The notes under the pieces: model-generated
What the model saw: only the letters and a program-made list of their open reading frames with translations
The model's database searches: none
Told to the model about the DNA's origin: nothing
Shown: in pieces, positions 19,615 to 28,955 of the stretch
How the letters are laid out: each line of letters opens with the position of its first letter
Numbering within the stretch: position 1 is the stretch's first letter
Translations under genes and position numbers: made by a program
Assembly: GCA_031364845.1 (NCBI GenBank)
Contig: JANLWX010000071.1
Span: 1-33,368 of the forward strand
Direction: 5' to 3'
DNA: 33,368 nucleotides
Source of the DNA: Candidatus Eiseniibacteriota bacterium
GTDB taxonomy: Bacteria > Eisenbacteria > RBG-16-71-46

Positions 19615-20325
19615 CTACCGGTACAGCGACTTCACGCTACCCCACGTCGTCTTGTGTGCCGGAACCGCGACTTCGGGTCCGATGGTGACCGATCCGAACG
19701 GGGCCACGTCCGTGACCCACACGTTGACACCCACCATCTGGAATCCGTACTGCACATGGCGAGCGGGATCGTTGACGGTGGCCAAAGAAATGCTGAAGGG
19801 CCCCGATGCCGGCAGGGCAACGCTGCTGATATTGAACGACGAGAAATCAGACGCAAAGTCCTTGATGAACGCGGTGACCGTGTGTGCCGAGGTCAACGTG
19901 TTGCTCTGCACGTTCCCGATGAACGTCACGGTCTGCCCGGGAAGCGATCCGGCCGGCTCCGCATAGGCGTTCGCTTCCATGATCTTGTTGCCCGGCGCGC
20001 CGGGGCCGCCGCAGTTGGGCGGTGTTGCTGCGCCGACGCACTTGTACCAGAACTCGTTGGGATCGCCGATGGTGTTGGGCCCAAGCGTCAGGTTGCTCCC
20101 GGAGTACACGCCGGTCAGGTCGGCAAGGCCCCACCCGGTGCCGAACACGTGTGCGCCACCGTCGCCGGGGAGATTGAAGACATTCATGTATGCGTTGGTG
20201 ATCGTGGCGGGATCGACTGTGACCGTGACATCGGCCCGTGCGGTCCCTGCGCTCATCGTGCAGGCGACAAGTGCTCCCAGCACCAGACTTCTGAGTGCCG
20301 ACCCCCTCTGAAGCAATGTGTTCAT
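19615..20325 (-). CDS. Secreted hypothetical protein with C-terminal TWGSVKSLYR motif
   Basis: Signal peptide ending ARA; beta-rich body (AYMNVFNLPGDGGAHVFGTGWG); ends VPAHKTTWGSVKSLYR. AGAGGAGG SD spacing favours ATG 20325 over 20331. Confidence 0.8.
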   Translation of the reverse strand: MNTLLQRGSALRSLVLGALVACTMSAGTARADVTVTVDPATITNAYMNVFNLPGDGGAHVFGTGWGLADLTGVYSGSNLTLGPNTIGDPNEFWYKCVGAATPPNCGGPGAPGNKIMEANAYAEPAGSLPGQTVTFIGNVQSNTLTSAHTVTAFIKDFASDFSSFNISSVALPASGPFSISLATVNDPARHVQYGFQMVGVNVWVTDVAPFGSVTIGPEVAVPAHKTTWGSVKSLYR

Positions 20326-20488
20326 GACCATTCCTCCTCTTTCTGCGGGGCTTGCGGCCCCCCATTAGCCACACTCGTCACGGAACGATGAAGTGCAGCC
20401 GCGGTCCGAAGTTCCATCTTCGAATGCCTTGCAGAGACCTGCAGGGACTTGGGTTCTCAGTGGCGGCGAACAGTGTTGATCGACCTCC

Positions 20489-20547
20489 AGAATAGACTAT
20501 GTTCGGATGCCGCACAAAGTATTTTCTTGACCACCGATCTTTGGTCA
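20489..20547 (-). promoter_or_regulatory. Putative promoter TTGTGC-N17-TATTCT with an upstream TGACCA-N8-TGGTCA inverted repeat
   Basis: -35 at 20517-20512, -10 at 20494-20489; inverted repeat at 20528-20547 in an AT-richer patch. Confidence 0.5.
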
Positions 20548-20681
20548 GAACGCCTCCCGCCGGGCCGAAATCCATTCTTCGCTGGGAAGGGGCGACCTGG
20601 GGGCGCGAGGGCATGAAAAACCGGCCCACGGGATCACTCCCGCGAGCCGGAATGCTATGGGCAACTTTCAAGCACGAAACG

Positions 20682-23300
20682 TCAGGGCATCAGTGTCGCC
20701 TTGCTCGAAACCATAATCCCGTCCTGCGTCAGACGCAGCAGGTACACGCCGGCTCCGACGTTGCCGATCGACTGCACGTGCGGTCCCGCTCCGAGTGCGC
20801 CGACTTCGCGCGTGAACACGGTGCGTCCGGACACATCGATCACTTCGAGACGCGCGGGCGAGCTGTTCTTCAGACGGAACGCGACGCTGCCGTTACGCAC
20901 CGCGGGATTGGGCTGGAATCCCGCGAGCGCGAGTTCGAGCGCCGGGACGTTCACCCACGCTTCCGAAATCGTAATTCCACCGCCCGCGACGGGCACGTTG
21001 AGCCGGTATCCATAGCGGTGACCGGCGACGATGTCCCGGTCCTCGTAGCGCACCATGCCGGTGCCATCGGGACTGCGCATTGCGACCGCCTGCCATCCGC
21101 TGCCGTCGTTGCGATCGATGCGGAGGTTCGCGGCGTCGCTCGAAACCGCCCACGTCACCGCGACGCGGTTCAGCAGCGAGAACGCACTCACGAGCGATGC
21201 GGTCACGGGGGTCGCGCGATCGAACGTCGAGACCCACGTGTCGTTCAACGTTCCGCAGCATCCGCCGGTGACATACATCATTCCCGACGCAGGGTTGTAG
21301 GCGGTGACCGGGCGGCGCCGCGGTGCGGGCATGTCGGATCCGAAGTCGAGCGCCACCCAGATCGGCGCGTCACGCAGCACGAGTGCCGTCGATGCGTTGT
21401 AGGCGGTGTTCCAATCGGACGAGGCGCCTCCGAACAGCACCATGGCGTTGGCCACGGGGTCGTAGGCGGCGGCGACGTCGACCTGCGCGGTCGGCGGCGT
21501 GCCCGCGACCGTGAGCTGGGTCCAGCTCGCGGGGCCCGAGAAATTCAGCGACCACACCTGCTGGTCCGAAGGACCGCCGTAGATGACGAGTCGATCGTGC
21601 AGCGCGTCGTAGACGGCCGAGTGATTCGAACGGCCGCCGGGACCGCTGATCGCGAAGTCGAGCTGGCTCCAGACGTTGGTCGAAAGATCGAGCGCCCACG
21701 TGTCGTTCCCGCCGGAGCCGCCTTGAATGACCATGCGGTCGCGCAGGTTGTCATAGACCGCGACGTGCCACTGACGCGCCAAAGGAGGCCCGCCGGTCGT
21801 GGACACCAGACTCCACGTCGAGGTGCCGAGCGCGAGAGCATGGACGTCGTTGCGCGGTCCGCCACCGTCGAAGCCGCCGAACACCAGCATGCGATCGCGC
21901 ACCGGATCGTAGATCGCGGTGTGACCCATGCGCGCCGCGGGGACGGGGCCGGAGGGCGTGATCGGACTCCAATTGCCGGCGAGATCGAACGCCCACGTGT
22001 CGTTGAAATAGGCGGTCGGATACCACTGGCCGCCGAAGCTGATCAGCCGGCTGCGGACCGGATCGAAGATGCCCGCCGCGTCCTGCCGCCCCGGTGCACC
22101 GCTGCCGCCGAGTTGTGCCCATGCGGGCGCACCGCCGAGGTTCACCTTCCATGCGAGATCGGCCACCGACGCGCCGCTGGTGTCGCGGCATCCGTAGATC
22201 ACGAGTGCATTGGCCTGCGAATCGAACGCGCCGACCGGCATCTGACGCGGCGAAGGCGGCCCGCCCGACGGCGAGAGCTCCGTCCACGCGGGCGAGCCGC
22301 CGAGCGAGAGCGACCATAGATCGGTGTACATGATGTCGCCGTCACCGATGCCGCCGAACATCACCATGCGTCCCACGGCGGGATCCCAGATCGCCGGCGT
22401 CACCGCGCGGCCGCCGGGCGGAGTTCCCGCAGCCGACAACACGCTCCACGCCGGGCTGCCCGAGAGCGTCATCTGATAGAGGTCGTTGAGCATCGCGTTG
22501 CCGTCGAATCCGCCGAACACGACGAGCCGCTGCGCAGTACCGTCCCAGATCATCTGCGATGCCGCGCGCGCGCTCGGCGCGGAACCGCTCGGCGCAAGGG
22601 CGGTCCACGCGGGTGAGCCGGTGAGGTTGAGCGACCAGACGTCGGACAGCATGCCGGAGGGAGGACCTTCCTGGTCCACGGTCTGCGCGCCGCCGAAAAT
22701 CAGGAGGCGATCATTGAGTGAGTCGAGCGCGGCGGAGAGATAGGCGCGCGCCGCGGGCGGCGTCCCCGACGGAGACACCTGCGCCCATGCGAGCGGTTCG
22801 ACGCCGAGCGGCACCGACCATACGTCGTTGAGAGTCGCACCGGTCTCATCGCTGCCTCCAATCAGCCACAGCCGGTCGGTGGCGGGATCGTACGCCATTC
22901 CGCTGGCGGCCCGTCCAGAAGGACGCGTGCCGACGGTGGCGAGCAGGCTCCACGAGGGGCTCGGGCCGAGATTGAGCGCCCACAGATCGTTGCCGACGTT
23001 GTAGCCACTCGAGCCGCCGAACAGGATCAGACGATTGTGCGCGCGATCGTAGGCCGCGCTCGGCTCGTTGAGCAGGGGCGGAGGGAGCCGGGTCCACGTT
23101 CCGTTGCCGCCCTGAGTCTCGGAGCCGGGCTGCTGTGCGACGCGCTGCATGACTTCGCGCTGCCAATTGCTCAGCGAACGCTCGGTCGTCGTACCGCGCG
23201 GGGCGCGGGTGAAGCGCGTCGATGCAGGCACCTGGGTGGCAATGATGCCGCACGCGACACACGCGAGCGCAAGCGATGTGAATCGATATCGGACTCGCAT
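20682..23300 (-). CDS. Secreted kelch-repeat (12 repeats, probable double beta-propeller) protein with C-terminal FlgD-Ig-like domain
   Basis: Twelve A(x)YDxxxxR(h)4GG units; signal peptide; tail FQPNP...GVYLLRL...KATLMP; AGGAAAGGGAG SD before ATG 23300. Confidence 0.9.
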   Translation of the reverse strand: MRVRYRFTSLALACVACGIIATQVPASTRFTRAPRGTTTERSLSNWQREVMQRVAQQPGSETQGGNGTWTRLPPPLLNEPSAAYDRAHNRLILFGGSSGYNVGNDLWALNLGPSPSWSLLATVGTRPSGRAASGMAYDPATDRLWLIGGSDETGATLNDVWSVPLGVEPLAWAQVSPSGTPPAARAYLSAALDSLNDRLLIFGGAQTVDQEGPPSGMLSDVWSLNLTGSPAWTALAPSGSAPSARAASQMIWDGTAQRLVVFGGFDGNAMLNDLYQMTLSGSPAWSVLSAAGTPPGGRAVTPAIWDPAVGRMVMFGGIGDGDIMYTDLWSLSLGGSPAWTELSPSGGPPSPRQMPVGAFDSQANALVIYGCRDTSGASVADLAWKVNLGGAPAWAQLGGSGAPGRQDAAGIFDPVRSRLISFGGQWYPTAYFNDTWAFDLAGNWSPITPSGPVPAARMGHTAIYDPVRDRMLVFGGFDGGGPRNDVHALALGTSTWSLVSTTGGPPLARQWHVAVYDNLRDRMVIQGGSGGNDTWALDLSTNVWSQLDFAISGPGGRSNHSAVYDALHDRLVIYGGPSDQQVWSLNFSGPASWTQLTVAGTPPTAQVDVAAAYDPVANAMVLFGGASSDWNTAYNASTALVLRDAPIWVALDFGSDMPAPRRRPVTAYNPASGMMYVTGGCCGTLNDTWVSTFDRATPVTASLVSAFSLLNRVAVTWAVSSDAANLRIDRNDGSGWQAVAMRSPDGTGMVRYEDRDIVAGHRYGYRLNVPVAGGGITISEAWVNVPALELALAGFQPNPAVRNGSVAFRLKNSSPARLEVIDVSGRTVFTREVGALGAGPHVQSIGNVGAGVYLLRLTQDGIMVSSKATLMP

Positions 23301-23517
23301 GTTCGTAAACTCCCTTTCCTGGGGCGGTCGCTGAGGCTGGGGCATCCCCTGAAGCGCACGGCATCTTCAAAGCCTCGCGGCAGGTGGCGCCGCCGTACGA
23401 GGGGGTTGTCGGCATGCGCAACGCAATGCTCCAGTTCAGTCTCGGCGAACACGAATTGTGGTGCGGATTCGCGGTTCTCCGTGACGGATCTCCATGCCAG
23501 CCAGTAGGATCATGGAC

Positions 23518-26025
23518 ATGCGTGCCCGTGTGTTCCTGCTCGTTCTTACCGCGCTCCGATGGGCCGCTCCCGCGGTTCTCTTGGCCCCGACCGTGGCGTT
23601 CTGCGCGCCTGAACCGCGGCTCGTGCGTGTTGCTCTTACGGGCACCCTCACGCTCGAGCGACTGCAACAAGAGGGGTTCGACCTGGTCGAGACGGGCCTT
23701 GGCGGCGCCACGCTGCTCGAGTGGACAGGCGATGCGCAGCGGCTCGTCGCGCTCGGTGCGAGCACGCAAGTGATCGATGCCGATCCCGGGGCGTCTGCAG
23801 CGCGGCGCTCGGCCTCAGAACTTCGGGTGGTGGGAGCACCTGCCCGGCGTGTGCTGAGCGCCACGCGAAGCGACGGCGTGTTCCGCGCGGAGACGCTGCC
23901 GGCGTTCGGGTCCGGCAGCATGATGGGTTTCTGGACCACCGCCGAAGTGAAGATGAGGCTCGACGCGATGGTCGGCGACGACACGCGCGGTGTGGTCGCC
24001 GACAAGGTCGACACGCTCGGCTACTCGGCGCAGGGCCGTCCGATCTGGGGGCTGCGATTGGGACGCGCGCCATCGCCCGCGGTTCCCGCCGCATACTTCA
24101 ACGCGCTCACGCATGCGCGCGAACCTGAGGGCATGCAGGCGCTGATGTATTTCGCGACCGATCTGATCGCGGGCTATGGAACCAATTCATGGGCGACGTC
24201 GCTGCTCGATCGCCGCTCGATCTATCTGGTGCCGATCGTCAATCCCGATGGCTACGTCCTCAACGAAGCATCCTATGCCGGCAACGGCAAGCCCGGGTTC
24301 TGGCGCAAGAGCTGCCGCGACAACGACGGCGATGGTTTGTTCAACTCGTGCTGCGACGGCGTCGATCTCAATCGCAACTACGCATATCAATGGGGCTACA
24401 ACGACATCGGTTCCAGCCCGAGCAAGTTCGCGAGCAACTATCGCGGCACCGCGGCGTGGTCCGAGCCCGAGATCCGCGCACAGCGCGATCTGATCACGTT
24501 GCGCCGACCCGCGGCAGCCTTGTCGTTTCACACCTATCAGGACGTGCTGCTTCACGCCTGGGCCTACACCGCGGCCGCGCCTCCGCATCTGACGGCGTTG
24601 CGCGAGTGGGATGACTGGCTCACGCGAAGGAATGCGTTTCAGTCGGGGCCCGCGAGCACCATGCTCTACGAGTCGAACGGCGAGTTCAACGACTGGTGCT
24701 ACGGCGACACGCTCGCCAAGCCGCGGACGTGGTCGTGGACCGCCGAAGTCGGCTCCGACAACGACGGCTTCTGGCCGTCGCCCTCGCGCATCACACCGCT
24801 CGCGCGCGCGCAGACGTTCGGATGTTACTTCGTCGCGTCGATCGCGGGATCGTTCGTTCAGGCGGAGCGCTGGGATCTTGCCGAGTCCGCGCTCAACGCG
24901 GGCGACTGGGCGCATCTGCGGATCGTCGCGCGCAACGTCGGCTCGGCGAGCACCGGCGGCCCGATCTCGGCGCGCGTGACCGCACTCGATCCCGGCGCCT
25001 ACGTGCTTGCGAGCTCCGCGACTTATCCCACGCTCGCGTCGCGTTCGAGCGGCTCTCCCGCGAGCGCCACGTTTCAGATCGCGGCGCACGATACGGTGAC
25101 GCCCGGGCGCCTGCTGCGATTCGCGATCGCGTTCACCACGCCCGACGGGTTCGTATCGCCCGACACGATCGCGATTCCGTGCGGAACGCCGACGGTGGTG
25201 GAGTTCGACAACGCGGCCAGCGGGCTTGGCAAGTGGAGTCCGGGTTCGTGGGGCATCACGAGCGATCCCGATCATCCGGCGCCGTTCTTCGCGGAGAGTC
25301 CGACCGGCGGCTATGCGAACGGTGCGAACAACAGCATGCAGCTGACCACACCGCTCAACCTTACACACGGCGTTCACGCGTACGCCGAATTCGGTTCGCG
25401 CTGGGACGTGCAACGGGATTACGACGGCGCGGTCGTCGAAGCGAGCCGCAACGGTTCGGCATGGACGCGGCTTGCGGGCACCGGCACGAATCCGGGCACC
25501 GGCATGAGCAACGCGCAGACGGCAGGGCAGCCGATCTACTCGGGCTCGCGCCACCGCTGGCGGCGCGAGCGTGTCGATCTGTCTTCGTTCACCGGGTCCG
25601 GTACGGCCACCGTGCGCTTTCGGCTGCGCATGCTGGCGGACAACGCGGGGCAGTACGACGGCTGGAACTTCGATTCGCTGCGGATCGTGGCGTACGATCT
25701 GGCGATGCAGCCGTCACCGGTGGCGGTCGATGATGCCGCGGCTCCCGAGCGACTTGATCTCCGGGCCCCGAGCCCTAATCCTGCGTCGGGCCGCGTGCGT
25801 CTGGACTTCGCACTGCCCCGCGCGGGACACGCGCGGATCGAAGTCTTGGATCTCGCCGGACGGCGGGTCAGGCGCGTATTCGACGGCCCGCTCGGCGCGG
25901 GCGCGCATGTGTTTCACTGGGATGGTCTGCGGGACGGAGGGACGGCGATGGCGGCGGGGATCTACGTGATTCGTCTGAGCGCGGATGACGAGAGTCGCTC
26001 GCGCCGCGTTGCCATCGTAAGGTGA
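23518..26025 (+). CDS. Secreted M14 zinc carboxypeptidase (carboxypeptidase T-like) with C-terminal FlgD-Ig-like domain
   Basis: HARE, PIVNPDG, WRK, GVDLNRNY, SFHTY, WTAEVG; tail PSPNP...GIYVIRL...RRVAIVR. Start at 23518, or 23512/23494. Confidence 0.93.
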   Translation: MRARVFLLVLTALRWAAPAVLLAPTVAFCAPEPRLVRVALTGTLTLERLQQEGFDLVETGLGGATLLEWTGDAQRLVALGASTQVIDADPGASAARRSASELRVVGAPARRVLSATRSDGVFRAETLPAFGSGSMMGFWTTAEVKMRLDAMVGDDTRGVVADKVDTLGYSAQGRPIWGLRLGRAPSPAVPAAYFNALTHAREPEGMQALMYFATDLIAGYGTNSWATSLLDRRSIYLVPIVNPDGYVLNEASYAGNGKPGFWRKSCRDNDGDGLFNSCCDGVDLNRNYAYQWGYNDIGSSPSKFASNYRGTAAWSEPEIRAQRDLITLRRPAAALSFHTYQDVLLHAWAYTAAAPPHLTALREWDDWLTRRNAFQSGPASTMLYESNGEFNDWCYGDTLAKPRTWSWTAEVGSDNDGFWPSPSRITPLARAQTFGCYFVASIAGSFVQAERWDLAESALNAGDWAHLRIVARNVGSASTGGPISARVTALDPGAYVLASSATYPTLASRSSGSPASATFQIAAHDTVTPGRLLRFAIAFTTPDGFVSPDTIAIPCGTPTVVEFDNAASGLGKWSPGSWGITSDPDHPAPFFAESPTGGYANGANNSMQLTTPLNLTHGVHAYAEFGSRWDVQRDYDGAVVEASRNGSAWTRLAGTGTNPGTGMSNAQTAGQPIYSGSRHRWRRERVDLSSFTGSGTATVRFRLRMLADNAGQYDGWNFDSLRIVAYDLAMQPSPVAVDDAAAPERLDLRAPSPNPASGRVRLDFALPRAGHARIEVLDLAGRRVRRVFDGPLGAGAHVFHWDGLRDGGTAMAAGIYVIRLSADDESRSRRVAIVR

Positions 26026-26121
26026 CGGACCCGCGACACGCACCCGATCCGCGACGAGCGTGACAGGGTGGGCGCGAGGGAGGCTGCCTCCGCTAGACCC
26101 TTGCGCGTTGCAAGTATCCGA

Positions 26122-28782
26122 CTACAGCGCAATCACGCAGCGTCGGGCGATACTCTTGCCAGCGGCCTGCAGGCGAATGAAGTAGATCCCCGAACCCGGC
26201 ACGTTGCGCAAGGCTGCTCCGCTCCATTCAACCCGATGACGACCCGCCGAGCGGCGACCGCTCGCGATGCGTGCAGCAATGCGGCCCTGCAAATCGAGAA
26301 GCGTAAGGGTCATCTCGCATTCGCGCGGGAGGTCGAATGAGATCGTCAAGTGGCCGTTCGACGGAATCGGAGACACATTGCTGAGTGCCAGCCCGACGAC
26401 TGGGTGGGACGCGGACGCTTCGAGCGGATTCGAAATCCAGGTCCGATCCGCGTCGTTGATCACGAGGCGGTACCAGCAGGAGCGGCCGGGTGACTGTTCG
26501 CGGTCGATCACGGTCCAGTCACTGCCCCTGTGTTCGGGCTCGGTGACGAGGGCAGACCATGTTCCTTCCGGCGTTGCCGCCTTCTCGATCTGGCAGCGCG
26601 TGGACCATTGTTCGTCCGCAAGGCGCCAGCGGATGACGACGCCTTCGTTCGAGATCTCCAACTGCAAGAGCGTCACGAGGGTCGCGGTTGCCCGTTCGTC
26701 GGGCAAAACGGCGAGATAAGAACGCGGCAGATTGCCATTCAGTTCGAAGTCCCCGCCTGCAAACACCACGTTGTCACCGAACGCGACGGCGCGAATCGTT
26801 CCATTGAGTCCCGGATTCCAACTCCTCAGGGCGCCGGTGGCAATGTCGACCGCCGCGATGCGGGACCGCGATTCGTCACTGACCAGGTCGAACTCGCCAC
26901 CGAGATAGGCCGTGTTTGCGGACAGAGCAAACGAACGAACCGGCCCACTGGCTTTTGGGTCAAACATCGTGGGGACACCCGAGATAAGGTCGATGGCTGC
27001 CATGCGGCCCCGCTTGATTTCGCCGACCCTGGAGAAACGTCCGCAAACGTAGAGCAGAGGTCCGCGCGCAGCGAGGGCATACACATCATTATTGGGTGAC
27101 GGATTCCAGTCCAGCACGGCGCCCCCGGCAGAGTCGATCGCCGCCAGCCTGCTGCGCAATTGCCCGCCCGCCACCGAAAAATTTCCGCCCGCGTACACGG
27201 TCCCGCCGGTTGTGATCAAGGCGTGCACGGTCGCATCCACACTTGGATTCCATGGCAGGAGACCCCCGGTGGCGGTATCGACCGCGGCGATGCGGCTGCG
27301 AAACTGGCCCTGGATCTGCGTGAAGTCACCGCCGAGATAGACCGTGCCGCCTGAGACAGCAATTGCTTCGACGTCATTGTCGGCATCCGGATTCCATGCG
27401 GTGAGTGCGCCGGTGGCGATGTCGAGCGCAGCGACATGATTACGAACCTCTCCGTTGATCCTGCGGAAATTTCCACCGACATATACGACGGATCCCGACA
27501 CTGCGAACGCCTTGATCGTACCTTCGGAATTGGCGGTCCAGGGTTCGACGATGCCGATCTGGGCATCGAGAGCGCCAAGGCGATTACGGATACTCGCTCC
27601 GAATGTATTCATGCCGGCCCCCACGTAAACAATCGAATCGGCCGCCGCGAGGGTCAGGTAGTCGCTTAAAGACGGCGGAGGATGCCAGTCACGCGGCGCT
27701 CCGGTCATCGCATCGAACGCGGCAGGGGCAAACTGGCCGGCGCAGTAGAGAGTTGATCCCGCGAGGCTCAGATGTGCGCATTCACCCGATACGCCCGGGT
27801 TCCAGTCGCGGGCGAGGCCGGTCCGGATGTCGAGGGCCGCGAGCTTCTGACGGTTCTGGTTGCCGAGGCGAAGGAAATTGCCGCCTGCGTACAACGTGCT
27901 ATCGCGAAGCACGAGGGATCGCACTCGGAACGTGGATAAGCTGTCTTCACTGTACCAAGGGACCGCGTTTCCGTTGGAAGCATCCAGTGCAGCGATGCTG
28001 TATCGGCTCTGGCCGCCGAACGATTTGAAGTAACCTCCGACAAACACCAGCGAATCGTTCGCGGCAATGGCCTCGACCGAATGCTGGCCCTCGGAATCGC
28101 TGCCGGGGCTCCATCCGGCAATGAGATCTCCGGTGGCTGCATCCAGAGCAGCTGCGCCGGGTGACTCAAAATAGGTCGTGTCTCGCAGGAGCATCCGGAA
28201 GTCGCCGGCCACGTAGAGCCGACTTCCGCAAACGGCCAAAGCGCGGATTTCGCCGTTGGTCGTTTCCGCCAGCCGGGACACGTCTGCGGAGTGTCGATCG
28301 GCTTTGTAGAGCGCAGAGTTGCCGCCAGGGATCGCTGCGGCGATGTAGACATTGGAATCCGAGGCCACCAATGTCGTCACGGTGCCGTTCACGGCCGGCG
28401 CCCAGGCGGTGACGAGGTGGCTCGCATCGATGTGTGCAATGTTGACGCGCGAGCTGCCACCCACGAATACGAAGTCTCCACCCAGGTACCATCCCCCGTT
28501 GCCGTCCGAAATGATCGCACGCACGGTCCCGGCGACATTGGGGAATCCGGACAGTTCACCGGTGATCGCGTTCGTGGCAACGGCACCGCCGTAGGCGGGT
28601 CCCAGGGCCCCGATTTCGCCGCCGACGTAGATCCGGGCGCCATGACGCAGCAGGGTGTGGACCGGGGCATTCGTGGTATGGGCCCCTGCAAGCGGGGCCT
28701 GGGCGGCACAAGGCAGGGCCGGAAACGTCAGGAGCAATGCTGCAATCAGCGGCAGGTTCATGGAAGGGGAGGTCAGATTCAT
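26122..28782 (-). CDS. Secreted beta-propeller repeat protein (14 repeats) with C-terminal FlgD-Ig-like domain
   Basis: Fourteen VxAL....(V/L)YxGGxF...R..LAAxD..TG....WNP units; signal peptide; tail VSPIP...GIYFIRL...RRCVIAL. Alternative start at 28761. Confidence 0.85.
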   Translation of the reverse strand: MNLTSPSMNLPLIAALLLTFPALPCAAQAPLAGAHTTNAPVHTLLRHGARIYVGGEIGALGPAYGGAVATNAITGELSGFPNVAGTVRAIISDGNGGWYLGGDFVFVGGSSRVNIAHIDASHLVTAWAPAVNGTVTTLVASDSNVYIAAAIPGGNSALYKADRHSADVSRLAETTNGEIRALAVCGSRLYVAGDFRMLLRDTTYFESPGAAALDAATGDLIAGWSPGSDSEGQHSVEAIAANDSLVFVGGYFKSFGGQSRYSIAALDASNGNAVPWYSEDSLSTFRVRSLVLRDSTLYAGGNFLRLGNQNRQKLAALDIRTGLARDWNPGVSGECAHLSLAGSTLYCAGQFAPAAFDAMTGAPRDWHPPPSLSDYLTLAAADSIVYVGAGMNTFGASIRNRLGALDAQIGIVEPWTANSEGTIKAFAVSGSVVYVGGNFRRINGEVRNHVAALDIATGALTAWNPDADNDVEAIAVSGGTVYLGGDFTQIQGQFRSRIAAVDTATGGLLPWNPSVDATVHALITTGGTVYAGGNFSVAGGQLRSRLAAIDSAGGAVLDWNPSPNNDVYALAARGPLLYVCGRFSRVGEIKRGRMAAIDLISGVPTMFDPKASGPVRSFALSANTAYLGGEFDLVSDESRSRIAAVDIATGALRSWNPGLNGTIRAVAFGDNVVFAGGDFELNGNLPRSYLAVLPDERATATLVTLLQLEISNEGVVIRWRLADEQWSTRCQIEKAATPEGTWSALVTEPEHRGSDWTVIDREQSPGRSCWYRLVINDADRTWISNPLEASASHPVVGLALSNVSPIPSNGHLTISFDLPRECEMTLTLLDLQGRIAARIASGRRSAGRHRVEWSGAALRNVPGSGIYFIRLQAAGKSIARRCVIAL

Positions 28783-28955
28783 GCGTTCAAGTGTACATGA
28801 TGGCTGTGTGCAGGATCGCCCTCGACTTGCGGGGTGGGTCCATGCTCCACTGGAGGCGTTCACCGACGAAGGACGCAAGTTCCCACGCAGTACATCCTCG
28901 AGCGTTCCGCTGACGAACCGTCGCGAATGCTCGCCTCATAGGTAGCCCCAGCGCC

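Noticed and set aside
23417..23434. Sigma54 promoter for the kelch gene (minus strand TGGAGC..TTGC)
   Set aside because: GG-to-GC spacing is 11 nt rather than the strict 10 nt.
20682..28782. DNA-level tandem repeats or arrays within the kelch and propeller genes
   Set aside because: The periodicity comes from degenerate protein repeats; there are no identical nucleotide repeats or spacer structure.
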